Notes under the pieces: generated by a model
What the model was told of the DNA's origin: nothing
What the model saw: only the letters and a program-made list of their open reading frames with translations
Databases searched by the model: none
Assembly: GCA_039588295.1 (NCBI GenBank)
Contig: JBDHAB010000007.1
Location: 64,001-128,000 of the forward strand
Source of the DNA: Gemmatimonadota bacterium
Lineage (GTDB): Bacteria > Gemmatimonadota > Gemmatimonadetes > Gemmatimonadales > GWC2-71-9
Reading direction: 5' to 3'
DNA length: 64,000 bases
Position numbers and translations under genes: made by a program
Part shown: positions 27,617 through 37,760 of the stretch, piece after piece
Layout of the letters: every line of letters begins with the position of its first letter
How positions within the stretch are numbered: the first letter of the stretch is position 1

Positions 27617-29368
27617 CTAGTCGCGCACGACCACGATTTCCCGTTCCGCGTGCGCGTTCGAGCCAGCTGCCGTGACCACGTCCAGCCGAATCCTGAACCG
27701 GCCGTCTTGGTTCTCGGGAATCTGGAGTGTCACAGAGCTTCCACGAACCTCACCCCTGCGCACGACAGGATCGTCCCACTCGAGGCGGACGGTTGGCGTG
27801 TCTCTACTTGCCAGCCCGAGCCATTCCGCGGCACGGCGTAGAAAACCTCTTCCTTGTTTCACGACGGTGAGCGTAACCGCGCGGGTTCCTTCACCGTCGC
27901 CTCCAAGCGTCTCCCAATAGAGCGCGATCTCCTCCCCCGCACCGAAGGTGTTCGATGGACGTGCTCGACGCACGGCGCCCTCGAGTGTTGATGGCAGAGG
28001 TTCCCCGGGATCGAGCAACAGGATGTCTGACAATGCGAACGTCCGTGGTTCGGGTGGTGTCCTGCGCAGCCACCGGCGATAGCGTGCGGCGATACTGTCC
28101 GACCGATTGAGAGTCTCCACGCTCAGCAACGCGGGAAGGGTCGGAGCGAGAACGGCGAGCCGAGCGGCACCCGAAACGATGGTTTCGCGGACGACCGCCG
28201 GACTCCCGTGTGCATGTGTCGTGAGGATCAGGGCGACCTCGGCCGATGAGGCGTTGTCGCCAACGCCTGAACGCTCGTCGAACTCGGCGTTGACGGGTGG
28301 GCTGAACGCGCACACCACCTTCATCCCGTCGCGGCGGGGAAACAGCGCTACCTGTGGCTCCAGGGCGAAGAAATCTGTTGCATACGCGGGGGCGTATCGC
28401 TCGGTCGCCAGCTCGGGGTCGAGCTCCCACTCGTCCATCCCGATCGCGGAGGGGTCAAGGGACAAACCGTGTTGGGGAATGAACTGCCGACCGCCCTCGC
28501 GGCGGAAGCCGATGATCGAAGGTTGGTGAGCACCCGCGTCGTCCCATGACCGCTTCCATCCGGTTGCCCACCCGAACCGCATCGTCACCTCCGCGTAATC
28601 GTCACCCCATCGCATGCCGTGTGGGTTCTCAGCGTGTTCCAGCATGGTGTTGACGACGCGTCGGGCAAAGTGCTCCGTCCGGCGCTCGTTCCCCGGTGTC
28701 AGGAAGAGGGGATCGGCGAGCCAGAAGATGCGGACGTTGAGCGCGGCACGCTCCTCGCAGCGTGCCGTGTGGTAGTGTCTGGCGGCGGCGCCGTCCAGCA
28801 GCAGTTCGAGGTTCGACCACTCACACTGTTGTTCTTCCGGCATGATCGCCAGGCTCACAGCAAAGAGCGAGTCGGCGAGGCGGAAGTCTCCGGTCACGTG
28901 AGCGACGTATCCGGAGAGTGCCGTGCACCACCACGACTCGGCGCGGCAGTTTCCGAGCGCCGCTTCAGCGTTGGCGAACTGTGCCGCCTCGGTCGTATAG
29001 CGGATTCGCTGGCCGACGACCCAGGGATCCCCGGGAATCAGTGCCGCGGCCGAGTCGAGGCGGGCGATGAGCTCGTGTCGCGCCGTGGTAACGCGGTCGT
29101 GCTCGGGTTCCGGGTCCCAGGGGAACTCATCATCGTCATCCCAATAGCAGAATCGGCCGATCACGAGGTCGCAGCGACCTCGGCCTCCTGCCGGCGTCCT
29201 GGGGAGGAATCGGCGGCGGAGACGTTCAAAGCGGCGCTGAGCGTTCTCGAGATCCCTGCGTACGGACACCGAATCCGGGCTCGCTCCAAGTTGATGCTGG
29301 AGTGCCGCGGGCAGCTGCTGAGGGAGTGCGTGCAGGACGAGTCCAACGAGCAAGCTCGCTCGGGTCAC
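27617..29368 (-). CDS. Exported hypothetical protein with a GWxTD-like domain
   Basis: FWLADPLFLTPGNERRTEHFARR followed by WGDD...MRFGW; C-terminal ALSDILL beta domain; GTG start inferred. Confidence 0.6.
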   Translation of the reverse strand: MTRASLLVGLVLHALPQQLPAALQHQLGASPDSVSVRRDLENAQRRFERLRRRFLPRTPAGGRGRCDLVIGRFCYWDDDDEFPWDPEPEHDRVTTARHELIARLDSAAALIPGDPWVVGQRIRYTTEAAQFANAEAALGNCRAESWWCTALSGYVAHVTGDFRLADSLFAVSLAIMPEEQQCEWSNLELLLDGAAARHYHTARCEERAALNVRIFWLADPLFLTPGNERRTEHFARRVVNTMLEHAENPHGMRWGDDYAEVTMRFGWATGWKRSWDDAGAHQPSIIGFRREGGRQFIPQHGLSLDPSAIGMDEWELDPELATERYAPAYATDFFALEPQVALFPRRDGMKVVCAFSPPVNAEFDERSGVGDNASSAEVALILTTHAHGSPAVVRETIVSGAARLAVLAPTLPALLSVETLNRSDSIAARYRRWLRRTPPEPRTFALSDILLLDPGEPLPSTLEGAVRRARPSNTFGAGEEIALYWETLGGDGEGTRAVTLTVVKQGRGFLRRAAEWLGLASRDTPTVRLEWDDPVVRRGEVRGSSVTLQIPENQDGRFRIRLDVVTAAGSNAHAEREIVVVRD

Positions 29369-29385
29369 CGTTGCGTCCCTGCGGC

Positions 29386-30459
29386 TCACTCCGGAACCGG
29401 GTTGAAGCCCGCAGGACTGCGAACCTCGGAGACGCCCACTAACCCTTCGACGTGATCCGCGCGATCCTCCGCCACGATGTACTCCTCGCGGTACATCTGG
29501 ATCAACTCGAAGAAGTACGAGAGTGCGAGTGGACCGATCAGGAGGCCGAGAATCCCGAAAAAGCGGATGCCCGCGAGCGCCCCGACCAGGGTGACGATCG
29601 GGTGGATCTTCGCCCACTTGTTGTAGATGAGGGGCCGGATGAAGTTGTCCACGCTGGCCACAATGATGAGGCCCCAGGCTGCGATGGCGATTCCGGCGGC
29701 GTACCGTCCGTCGAGGACGAGGGCGATTGCACCGGGCCCCCAGATCAGGCCACTTCCAACCACCGGAAGGATCGCGAACACGGCGGTCACCACACCCCAG
29801 AAGAACGCGTTCTGCAAGCCGGCGATGGCGAACGCCCCGCCGACCAACGTGCCTTGGATGACCGCGATGAGTCCGGTTCCAACGAGCGTCGAGTTCGTGA
29901 CGTCACGGAAGCGAACGCGCAACTTCTCGGTATTGTCTGGATTGAACGGGACGTACGGGCTCACCACCCCCCATGCCCGACCGCTCCCGACGAGGAGGAA
30001 GTACAGGCCGAACATCGCGATGGTCAGGTTCAGCGCGAGCTTGGTCGCGGTTCCCACGAGGTTGAACGCGCTCGAGCCGATCCACTGCACGGCGTTCTCG
30101 CCGAGAGAGACGAGTCGCGGGCCCACCTCGAAGTCCCCGAGGCGGAGTTCCGCCAGCCGCCCGACCAGTGGGCTCTGGATCAGCCCGCCGGCCAGCTGTT
30201 GGGCCTCGTTCACCACCAGGCCCGCGATCGAGGCGCCGGGCACGACGAGCATGAATGAAGCTGCCGCGACCACCAGCCCGGCTGCCACCGCCGGATTGAG
30301 CCACCGGCGCAACCAGCGGTAGAGCGGCTCGAACACGACATACAAGACCGGCCCCCCGATGAGACCGGTGACGTACGGCCACAGGGTGATGAGGAGACCG
30401 AGGCCAAGCAGGCCGATCAGGACCTGGGCGCGCTGGTATCTCGATGCCAGGAAGGCCAT
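29386..30459 (-). CDS. AI-2E family transporter
   Basis: Multi-TM; LPVVGSGLIWGP, VDNFIRP, IHP, FGILGLLIGP. Confidence 0.9.
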   Translation of the reverse strand: MAFLASRYQRAQVLIGLLGLGLLITLWPYVTGLIGGPVLYVVFEPLYRWLRRWLNPAVAAGLVVAAASFMLVVPGASIAGLVVNEAQQLAGGLIQSPLVGRLAELRLGDFEVGPRLVSLGENAVQWIGSSAFNLVGTATKLALNLTIAMFGLYFLLVGSGRAWGVVSPYVPFNPDNTEKLRVRFRDVTNSTLVGTGLIAVIQGTLVGGAFAIAGLQNAFFWGVVTAVFAILPVVGSGLIWGPGAIALVLDGRYAAGIAIAAWGLIIVASVDNFIRPLIYNKWAKIHPIVTLVGALAGIRFFGILGLLIGPLALSYFFELIQMYREEYIVAEDRADHVEGLVGVSEVRSPAGFNPVPE

Positions 30460-30583
30460 GGGAGACAGTCTACTCGGAGCCGATCTCCGCTGCCAGCCCG
30501 CCGACCCAGGGGTGGGTAAAAAGCAGCGTGGGAGATCCGCCGCTGCGGACCTCCCACGCGTGCACCGGAGTCGACGCGGCTAT

Positions 30584-33500
30584 TTAGAAGCCGGGGGTGA
30601 ACGAGAACTGCAGGTGCCCGCCGCGCTCCCGACTGAACGGGTAGACGTAGTCGAGTTCGATGATCATGAATCCGAACACGTTCATGCGCAGTCCTGCACC
30701 CGCACTGTAGACGGGATCTCGATTGCCGCCGAGAAAGAACGGCCTGAGCGCATCCTGTTCGGTCGGGTCCACATTTCCGCCGTCGAACCATGCGAGGCCG
30801 GCGTCGCCGAACAGGACCATCTCGATCGGCAAGAACCCGAAGAGGCCGCTTCCGATCCCCAGGAGCCCCAAGGGTGGGAATCGCACCTCGAGATTGCCGA
30901 CGAGAACCTTGGCACCGAGGAGGTTCGTGTAGTTGGTGCAGTCAGCGTCCGTGCACTCTTGGAGGAAGTCGTAGGAGCCGTAACTGTACCCGCGCACAAA
31001 TCCGTCATAGCCGAGGAACAAGGGCTGGAGACGGTTCTGGTCTTCGGAATCTGGCCCGTAGCGGCCGTAGTGCATGAGCCGTGCAGCGATCGTGATGGGC
31101 CGTACCGGCATGATGTACTTCCGAACGTCTGCGATGGCCTGGTGAAAGTCGATCGTGCCGAGGTTGGTGCCGAATTCGAGCCGATAGCGCTGTCCCAAGA
31201 GTGGACTCGCGACGCCGAACAGCGAGTTGTCATACACCAGGGCGAGACTCGCCTGGCCGAGACTGATGGCGTCGGGGGCGTCCAGATCCACGGTTTCGTC
31301 CAGCAGGATCTGGCCGAATTGATCGATCGCTCGGGTCTTTTGCTCGATGTCGTATGTGATGTTGAGAAAGCCGCCGGACATTTCCACGCGTTGGACCCGG
31401 CTGAGCGGATACGCGATAATCCCGCCGAGTGATCGATTGGTCTGCCGATAGAGCAGCTGTTGCTCGATCAGTGCCGGGGTCCCGTTCACCGTACCCACGC
31501 CCGAGTTCACGAATCCGGTGAGATACGGAATCTGTTGCGCCGCGATGCCCCAGTTCAGCCGATTGCTGAGGTTCGTGTATCCCACGAGAGCGGCCACGTC
31601 CTTGAGACTACCCTGAACCTGGAGCGCCGTCGCCAGGTTGTGATTGCCCAGCATGTCGCTCCAGAATAGCGATGCGCCGCCCGCGACGTAGGTGCCGTAC
31701 CTGTCGGCCCCGACCGCGAGTGATGGCTGACCGATGTAGTCCAAGGCGAATCTGGTCCGATAGGGATCGCGCGCGTAGGTGGACGTGTCACGCGGGAGGC
31801 CATAGAACGCGTTCGCGATGAGGTTCTCGACGTCAGCGGTCAGACGCTCGACCGGCGGGAGCACCGCAGGGTCGAGATCAGCGAACGCCGTTCGCACCGG
31901 CCCCCCGGCACGGGTGTCCTGCCGCTCGATGAGGTAAATGGAATTCTCGTCGTGCCCATAGACGCTCATCGCGATCTCGCCCGTCCTGAGCGCGACCGAG
32001 AGCGCTGGGCTGAGCGCCGTGATGCCCGTGACGCCCGTGTACAGGTTGGTCACTTGGAACAGCTCGCCGGACTCCACCTGGACCCGGTACACATTGGAGA
32101 TTCCGCTCTGGTCAGACACGAAGTAGAGACTCTGCCCGTCGGGCGACCATTGCGGACTGATGTGCTTGCCGTTCTCAAAGCCGGGTGCGGGTCGGATGGC
32201 ACCGGTCACGGGGTCGGCGAACGCGAGGCGGTAGTTCCCAAACAGCAGGCTCGACAGTCCGGTCGAGAATCGGTCGGAGACGAACGCAATGGTCGAACCG
32301 TCCGGTGAGAACACGGGCTGGAGGTCGGCATAGGGATCGTTGGTCAGCCGCCGCAACTGCTCTTCCTGCAGGTCGTACACGTAAAGGTCCGACAGACCGC
32401 CGACCAGGCCTGAGAAGGCGACGTACCTGCCATCGGGCGACCAGCTCGGGTTGAAGATCTCACCGATTTCGGGTATCGGGATCTCCCGTTCGGTCTTGCC
32501 ACGCTCGACGTCGACGATCGTGAGGAGTGGACGCCCTTTCGCAACGGCGCCGAACGCGAAGCGCCGGCCCTCAAAGTCCCACGCTCCGGCCGAATTGATG
32601 AACTGGATGCTCTCGAAATGCGGATCGACGGCCGTCTTGGTGATCTTGCGGATGACCTCGCCGGTCTCCACGTCGGCCAGGAACATGTCGATCGAGAACA
32701 AATCCCGCTCCGACAGGAACACCAGGTGCTTGCCGTCCGGCGAGATCGCCGGCGCGATGTTGAGCCTGCCGCCGCTTATCTCCTTGGTCATGAGTGGGCG
32801 CCCGTACTCCTCGGGCCCGTCCGTCTGGTCTGCCAATGGCTCGTACGCGGTGGTCAGCGCCCGATGCCATCCGGCCACGACCGAGTCAGGGGAGATGCGC
32901 AGCACCCGCGTGAACGCCGCAGCGGGGCTGCCCGCGGTTCGCGAGGCCTTGAGGATCCGACCGACGACATCGTCGCCCCACTGGCCGGCGATATACGCCC
33001 ACAGCGAATGCCCATAGCGGTACGGGAAGAACCGTGGATCACTGAGCTTCTGAACCGTCGGGAGCCCCTCCCGCACGGCATCCCGCATCCACATGGCGGT
33101 ATTGGCGTCCTTGGGGCCGACGGACAGGTATTCGGCCATCCCCTCCACGAACCAAAGGGGAAACCGCATGACGGACGGCACTCCGGCGAGTGCAATTCCC
33201 CCACCTTCACCGGTGATATCGAACTGGAAGGCGTGCACCAACTCGTGTCCGAGCACGTGGTCCGTCTCGGGCAACGGCCCGGCAAACGGGAGCACAATAC
33301 GGCGTTTGAGGATCTCGGTGACCCCCCCCGTCGCCTCGCCGAGGTCGCCCTGCAGCGTGTTGGTCTGGCGGAAGTGTGGAGCACTGGCGTACAGGATCAG
33401 TGCCTGGCGGCCCGACAGATCGTGATTCAGCAACCGCGAGAGACGGGCGTACCAGCGCTCAGCCATGAGCGCCGCGTACTCGATCGCCGGCTGTTCTTCG

Positions 33501-33670
33501 GCGTAGTGGTAAATGTCGAAGTGCTCGGTCTTCAGCACCTTGAAGTCGAAGCCTTCGTACTGCACTTTGTTCCGCCCGAAGTACTGAGCTTCGGCCGGTG
33601 CCGCAGCCACCAGCGCCGTCCCCACCACGAGTGCGGCGATAGCGCTCGAGATTGTACGCGTTGGCACCAT
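30584..33670 (-). CDS. Outer-membrane protein: gluzincin peptidase-like domain, PD40 (TolB-like) propeller and BamA/Omp85-like barrel
   Basis: QYFGRNKVQY, HELVH plus WFVEGMAEY, repeated PSWSPDG/PVFSPDG, C-terminal AGAGLRMN...terminal Phe; GGAGG RBS. Confidence 0.85.
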   Translation of the reverse strand: MVPTRTISSAIAALVVGTALVAAAPAEAQYFGRNKVQYEGFDFKVLKTEHFDIYHYAEEQPAIEYAALMAERWYARLSRLLNHDLSGRQALILYASAPHFRQTNTLQGDLGEATGGVTEILKRRIVLPFAGPLPETDHVLGHELVHAFQFDITGEGGGIALAGVPSVMRFPLWFVEGMAEYLSVGPKDANTAMWMRDAVREGLPTVQKLSDPRFFPYRYGHSLWAYIAGQWGDDVVGRILKASRTAGSPAAAFTRVLRISPDSVVAGWHRALTTAYEPLADQTDGPEEYGRPLMTKEISGGRLNIAPAISPDGKHLVFLSERDLFSIDMFLADVETGEVIRKITKTAVDPHFESIQFINSAGAWDFEGRRFAFGAVAKGRPLLTIVDVERGKTEREIPIPEIGEIFNPSWSPDGRYVAFSGLVGGLSDLYVYDLQEEQLRRLTNDPYADLQPVFSPDGSTIAFVSDRFSTGLSSLLFGNYRLAFADPVTGAIRPAPGFENGKHISPQWSPDGQSLYFVSDQSGISNVYRVQVESGELFQVTNLYTGVTGITALSPALSVALRTGEIAMSVYGHDENSIYLIERQDTRAGGPVRTAFADLDPAVLPPVERLTADVENLIANAFYGLPRDTSTYARDPYRTRFALDYIGQPSLAVGADRYGTYVAGGASLFWSDMLGNHNLATALQVQGSLKDVAALVGYTNLSNRLNWGIAAQQIPYLTGFVNSGVGTVNGTPALIEQQLLYRQTNRSLGGIIAYPLSRVQRVEMSGGFLNITYDIEQKTRAIDQFGQILLDETVDLDAPDAISLGQASLALVYDNSLFGVASPLLGQRYRLEFGTNLGTIDFHQAIADVRKYIMPVRPITIAARLMHYGRYGPDSEDQNRLQPLFLGYDGFVRGYSYGSYDFLQECTDADCTNYTNLLGAKVLVGNLEVRFPPLGLLGIGSGLFGFLPIEMVLFGDAGLAWFDGGNVDPTEQDALRPFFLGGNRDPVYSAGAGLRMNVFGFMIIELDYVYPFSRERGGHLQFSFTPGF

Positions 33671-33799
33671 CGATCCTCCAATCCAGTTCATGCGTCCCTA
33701 ACTAGGACAGTCGAGCGCCGCATTTTGTTCCCAGGTGTCAAACCGGCTCGCGCCGGTCCGGTTGCGGATCTGCCAGAACTGCTCTATTAGAATACCCCA

Positions 33800-34585
33800 A
33801 TGTTCGCCATGACGTCTCGATCCTCGAGTTCCCCGCCGTGTCCGTCTGCCACCCCCACGAGGACTGCAGCGTTGGCCATGCGCCGGCTGCGTGCTGCGGC
33901 AAACCCCGACGCGGCATCCGGGGCCAGGGCGTTCTTCAAGAAGGAGGACGAGATCGTGCTCCTTGGTGTTAAAGCACCGGCGCTCCGGGCACTGGCCCGA
34001 GAAATCCATGGCCAGGTCAAGCAACGGTGGGACATGAAGGCGGCGCTGCGGTTCTGTGAAGCGCTGGTGACCCGTCGGGAACATGAAGCCAAAATGCTCG
34101 GCGTGCTGCTCTTAGGCCGATATGAGCGGGAGTTTCCGCGCTCGCTGTTTGCAACCGCTCGTCAATGGGTCGCCGCCGGTCACTTCGCTAATTGGGCGGC
34201 CATCGACGCCCTGTGCCCGCAGATCCTGACCCCGTTGCTGCGCCGCTACCCCGCGTTGCTCGCGCCGCTCCGACGATGGACCGCCTCACGCAACCCCTGG
34301 CTGCGCCGGGCGGCAGTCGTCACGCTGGTACCGCTGGCGCGACGGGGGGAACAGCTCGCTGCCGCCTACACCTTCGTCGAGGGGCTGCTGGGGGACCGTG
34401 AAGACTTGATGCACAAGGCCTGTGGATGGCTGCTTCGTGAGGCTGGCAAGACCGACCCCGATCGACTGGAGCGGTTCCTGCTGCGTCATGCGGCTCGCGT
34501 CCCGCGGACTACCGTACGCTATGCCATCGAGCGATACCCACCGCACACCCGCCGCCGGCTGCTTGTGGACACTCGCGGGCCCTAA
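33800..34585 (+). CDS. DNA alkylation repair protein (AlkD-like HEAT repeat)
   Basis: LGVKAPALR, NWAAID, WLRRAA, DLMHKACGWLLREAGK, PRTTVRYAIER; start uncertain. Confidence 0.85.
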   Translation: MFAMTSRSSSSPPCPSATPTRTAALAMRRLRAAANPDAASGARAFFKKEDEIVLLGVKAPALRALAREIHGQVKQRWDMKAALRFCEALVTRREHEAKMLGVLLLGRYEREFPRSLFATARQWVAAGHFANWAAIDALCPQILTPLLRRYPALLAPLRRWTASRNPWLRRAAVVTLVPLARRGEQLAAAYTFVEGLLGDREDLMHKACGWLLREAGKTDPDRLERFLLRHAARVPRTTVRYAIERYPPHTRRRLLVDTRGP

Positions 34586-34694
34586 TGTTCGCTGGTGTGG
34601 TCCCTCCACGACTGTTCGGTTCCCTGGTTATTATTGGACCGCCCTAACGAGCCGTTTGCATCATGACACACATACGCGTGATGGGGATCGTGCG

Positions 34695-35594
34695 ATGAGG
34701 AAAGTCGAGCCAACCGAATCATCGGGGCTCCCGACGCCGCGACGGGGGAGGGGAGCGATCCTCTGGGTGGTGGCCGTGCTCCTCATGCTGGGCTCGGCCG
34801 CGTTTCAGCGCGTCACGGGACCGACCCGCCCCTTGCGCGGTTCGTTCGACGTCGCTGGCCAGCAACACCAGCATCGCCTGCGGCGCAGCGGTGTCACGTC
34901 GGCCGACGCACGCATCGTGGTCCCGAATCCTGGGGGCGGTGTGAGTGGTGTGCTCTACTACAAGCGGTTCAACACCAATGATCCGCTCACCGCCGTTCCC
35001 CTTCGGCCCGAAGGCGACGAGCTCGCCGGCGACCTGCCACGGCAACCCGCCGCGGGGAAGCTGGAGTATCGTATCGTGCTCACCACGCCGGAGGGTGATG
35101 TGCCGGTTCCGACGGAGCGAGAAAGTGTGGTGTTGCGGTTCAAGGATCCCGTGCCGGCGTACTTCCTGGCGCCGCACATCGCCTTCATGTTCTTCGCCGT
35201 TTTGGTTGGGATTCGTGCCGGCCTCGGGGCGGTCTTCCAGCCCCGCGCCATGCAGGGGCTTGCCGTGACCGCCCTCGTCTTGATGACCGCTGGCGGAATG
35301 ATTCTCGGTCCCATTGTCCAGAAGTATGCGTTCGGGGCGTTCTGGACCGGCTTCCCCTTTGGGTATGACCTCACGGACAACAAGACGCTGCTGATGTGGA
35401 TCGTGTGGGTGCTGGCGTGCGGGGTGCTGTGGCGAGGAGGTCACCGGCGCGAGACGCTCAAACGGGCGGTCGTGGTAGTCGCGATGCTCGTGATGTTGGC
35501 CGTGTACCTCATCCCTCACAGTCTCCGCGGCAGTGAGCTGGACTACTCTGCGCTCGACCGTGGCACCAACGTGGAGGAGACACCGCAGGGCTAG
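34695..35594 (+). CDS. Hypothetical membrane protein
   Basis: N-terminal TM, beta domain (LPRQPAAGKLEY), four C-terminal TM segments with GPIVQKYAFGAFWTGFPFGYDLTDNKTL. Confidence 0.7.
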   Translation: MRKVEPTESSGLPTPRRGRGAILWVVAVLLMLGSAAFQRVTGPTRPLRGSFDVAGQQHQHRLRRSGVTSADARIVVPNPGGGVSGVLYYKRFNTNDPLTAVPLRPEGDELAGDLPRQPAAGKLEYRIVLTTPEGDVPVPTERESVVLRFKDPVPAYFLAPHIAFMFFAVLVGIRAGLGAVFQPRAMQGLAVTALVLMTAGGMILGPIVQKYAFGAFWTGFPFGYDLTDNKTLLMWIVWVLACGVLWRGGHRRETLKRAVVVVAMLVMLAVYLIPHSLRGSELDYSALDRGTNVEETPQG

Positions 35595-35639
35595 ACGTCA
35601 ACCACCGCCACGCCCGACCGGCCACGGACGCCACGAACG

Positions 35640-36875
35640 CTAGCGGTTCTGCCGAAACAGCGGGAACACGTTCTCGAAGAGCCTGTCTCGGACAGCCCGG
35701 AGCACACGGCGGGTGTCGGGTCTGGGATCCCCGTCACTTGCGATGCCCAGCGTGTTGAATGCCGCGATCGCAGCGGCACCGGACTCGGGGTCGACGTAGA
35801 AGAAGGAGACGAAGCCCTTCTGACCGCCGGTGTGACCGATGACACGGAGGTCCCGGTGCCGCAGCACGAAGAACGTGAGCCCCATGGCCTCACGGAGTGC
35901 GGATTCACCCTCGGCCGGCATCTCGACCTGGATCTGCCACATCTCCTCGAGCGATCGCCTTGCGAGGATATGACCGTACCGGTCGGCGCCTGGATAGCTC
36001 GCGTCTCCGGCCAGGAACGTGAGGTAGTGGATCATGTCGGGAATCGGCGCGTTCAGACCGCCGTTCGACACGGTGATGCCGGTGTCGAAATCAAGGCCGT
36101 TCGCCGATACCTGACCATCGGTCACATAGTAGTTGTTCGACCGGTCGCCTAAGAGGTGATAGGGAGTGCCGTCGAAATAGGCGCGGTACATTCCGAGCGG
36201 CTTCAGGATGTTCTTGTCCACGTATACCTCGTAGTCGTCCCCCGTGATCTGCTCGATGATGCGTCCGAGGAAGATGATGGCGGGATTCGAGTAGCCGTAG
36301 CGGCTTCCAGGTTCGAAGTGGATACGTGTATAGGGGAGCATTGCTACGATTTGGCTCCACGCCGTTGGCTCGTGAGGGTGCCAAGGCTCCTCGCCACCCC
36401 AGGGCCAGGTCGGTCCACGGAATCCGGACGAATGGCTCATGAGATGGCGGATCGTAATCTCGTCCATGCCGCCAAACGGATTGTGTACCGCGCGCAGCTC
36501 GGGGAGGTAATGCACAATCGGGTCGTCGAGGTGCACCAGGTCGCGGTCACGCAGCTGCATGATCGCGATGCCCGTGAAGGTCTTGGTGATCGAGGCCCAG
36601 TGATAGATGGTGGCATCGGAGACCGGTCGTTGCGTTTCGACGTCGGCAAGACCGTAGAGCTCCTTGCCAAGGATGCGTCCGCGATCGGCGAACCACAGAC
36701 TGCTCCCAATGATGCCTGCGTCTTCGACGCGCTGCCGGTACAAGGCGCTTGCGTCTCGCCAGGCTGCGTCGTACCCGGCGGGCGTCTGAGCCGCCAAGCG
36801 CGAGTGGGTGTCGGGGACGACGAGGGGCAGCACCAACAAGCATGTGGTTCGTGCGAAGTGCCAAGTGCCGGCCAT
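35640..36875 (-). CDS. Serine hydrolase (beta-lactamase class C-like), exported
   Basis: SxxK in WASITKT, LMSHSSG, YxN in YGYSN, GHTGG. Confidence 0.88.
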   Translation of the reverse strand: MAGTWHFARTTCLLVLPLVVPDTHSRLAAQTPAGYDAAWRDASALYRQRVEDAGIIGSSLWFADRGRILGKELYGLADVETQRPVSDATIYHWASITKTFTGIAIMQLRDRDLVHLDDPIVHYLPELRAVHNPFGGMDEITIRHLMSHSSGFRGPTWPWGGEEPWHPHEPTAWSQIVAMLPYTRIHFEPGSRYGYSNPAIIFLGRIIEQITGDDYEVYVDKNILKPLGMYRAYFDGTPYHLLGDRSNNYYVTDGQVSANGLDFDTGITVSNGGLNAPIPDMIHYLTFLAGDASYPGADRYGHILARRSLEEMWQIQVEMPAEGESALREAMGLTFFVLRHRDLRVIGHTGGQKGFVSFFYVDPESGAAAIAAFNTLGIASDGDPRPDTRRVLRAVRDRLFENVFPLFRQNR

Positions 36876-36985
36876 GGTTTGGCTCCAGTCTGCGCGCTTG
36901 TGCTAATCTATCCTCGGGGGCGAGGGCGCGAGCGGCCGTCCCGCCTGGTTACATTCTCTGCGCCACACCACCAAAGGAGACCGGC

Positions 36986-37417
36986 ATGAGAACGAGCAAG
37001 GCTACGGCGACATGGCACGGCATTCTGCGGGAGGGCAACGGACGGTTCACGGCAGGGTCGGGCACGTTTGAGGCCCCATACAGCTTCGCCACACGGTTTG
37101 CAGACGCCCGCGGGACCAACCCTGAAGAGCTCATCGCGGCGGCTCACGCCGCCTGTCTCAGCATGGCGCTTTCGGCGAGTCTGGAGAAGGCCGGGACGCC
37201 GGCGACCTGGGTCACGACCGAGGCGTCCTGCCAAATGGATACGGTCGACGGGGCCCCAGAGATCACGACGATGCAACTCGGGGTGCGGGGAAAGGTCGAC
37301 AACTTGGACCAAGCTGGCTTCGCGACTGCGGCGGCGGCGTCGGCGGAGAACTGCCCTGTCTCGAAGGCACTGCGAGGGAACGTGAACGTCGTCGTCGAGG
37401 CCGTGCTGGAGCAGTGA
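36986..37417 (+). CDS. osmC: OsmC family peroxiredoxin
   Basis: YSFATRF, GTNPEELIAAAHAACLSMAL, NCPVSKAL; AAGGAG RBS. Confidence 0.92.
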   Translation: MRTSKATATWHGILREGNGRFTAGSGTFEAPYSFATRFADARGTNPEELIAAAHAACLSMALSASLEKAGTPATWVTTEASCQMDTVDGAPEITTMQLGVRGKVDNLDQAGFATAAAASAENCPVSKALRGNVNVVVEAVLEQ

Positions 37418-37758
37418 GCGCCGATTCGATCCCGCAACGGATCCATCGCGGAGAGCGTGAGATCGTCATCACGTGGGATGAGACGCACGTTGGCACGTTC
37501 TCCGCGCGCGAGCTGCGGTTGCAGTGCCAGTGTGCTCTGTGTCGGGATGAGCTCACCGGGCGTCCGCTTCTGGTTCCGGCGGCCGTGCCGGAAGACGTGC
37601 ATGCGATAGCCATTGGCCTGGTGGGGAGCTACGCGGTCCGCGTGGACTGGAGCGACGGACATGACTCCGGCATCTACCCGTACGACTTCCTCCGTTCGCT
37701 CTGCCCGTGCCAAGCCTGCACGTCCGTGCGCCGCCACGCCTCGGAGGACGGGGGCTAG
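37414..37758 (+). CDS. DUF971 / GBBH-like N-terminal domain protein
   Basis: LRLQCQCALC, VGSYAVRVDWSDGHDSGIY. Confidence 0.88.
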   Translation: MSADSIPQRIHRGEREIVITWDETHVGTFSARELRLQCQCALCRDELTGRPLLVPAAVPEDVHAIAIGLVGSYAVRVDWSDGHDSGIYPYDFLRSLCPCQACTSVRRHASEDGG

Positions 37759-37760
37759 CC

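Noticed and set aside
35640..36875. Beta-lactam resistance or biosynthesis (together with the epimerase-like gene at 55185)
   Set aside because: Both are broad families; the genes are ~18 kb apart and no NRPS or IPNS is present.
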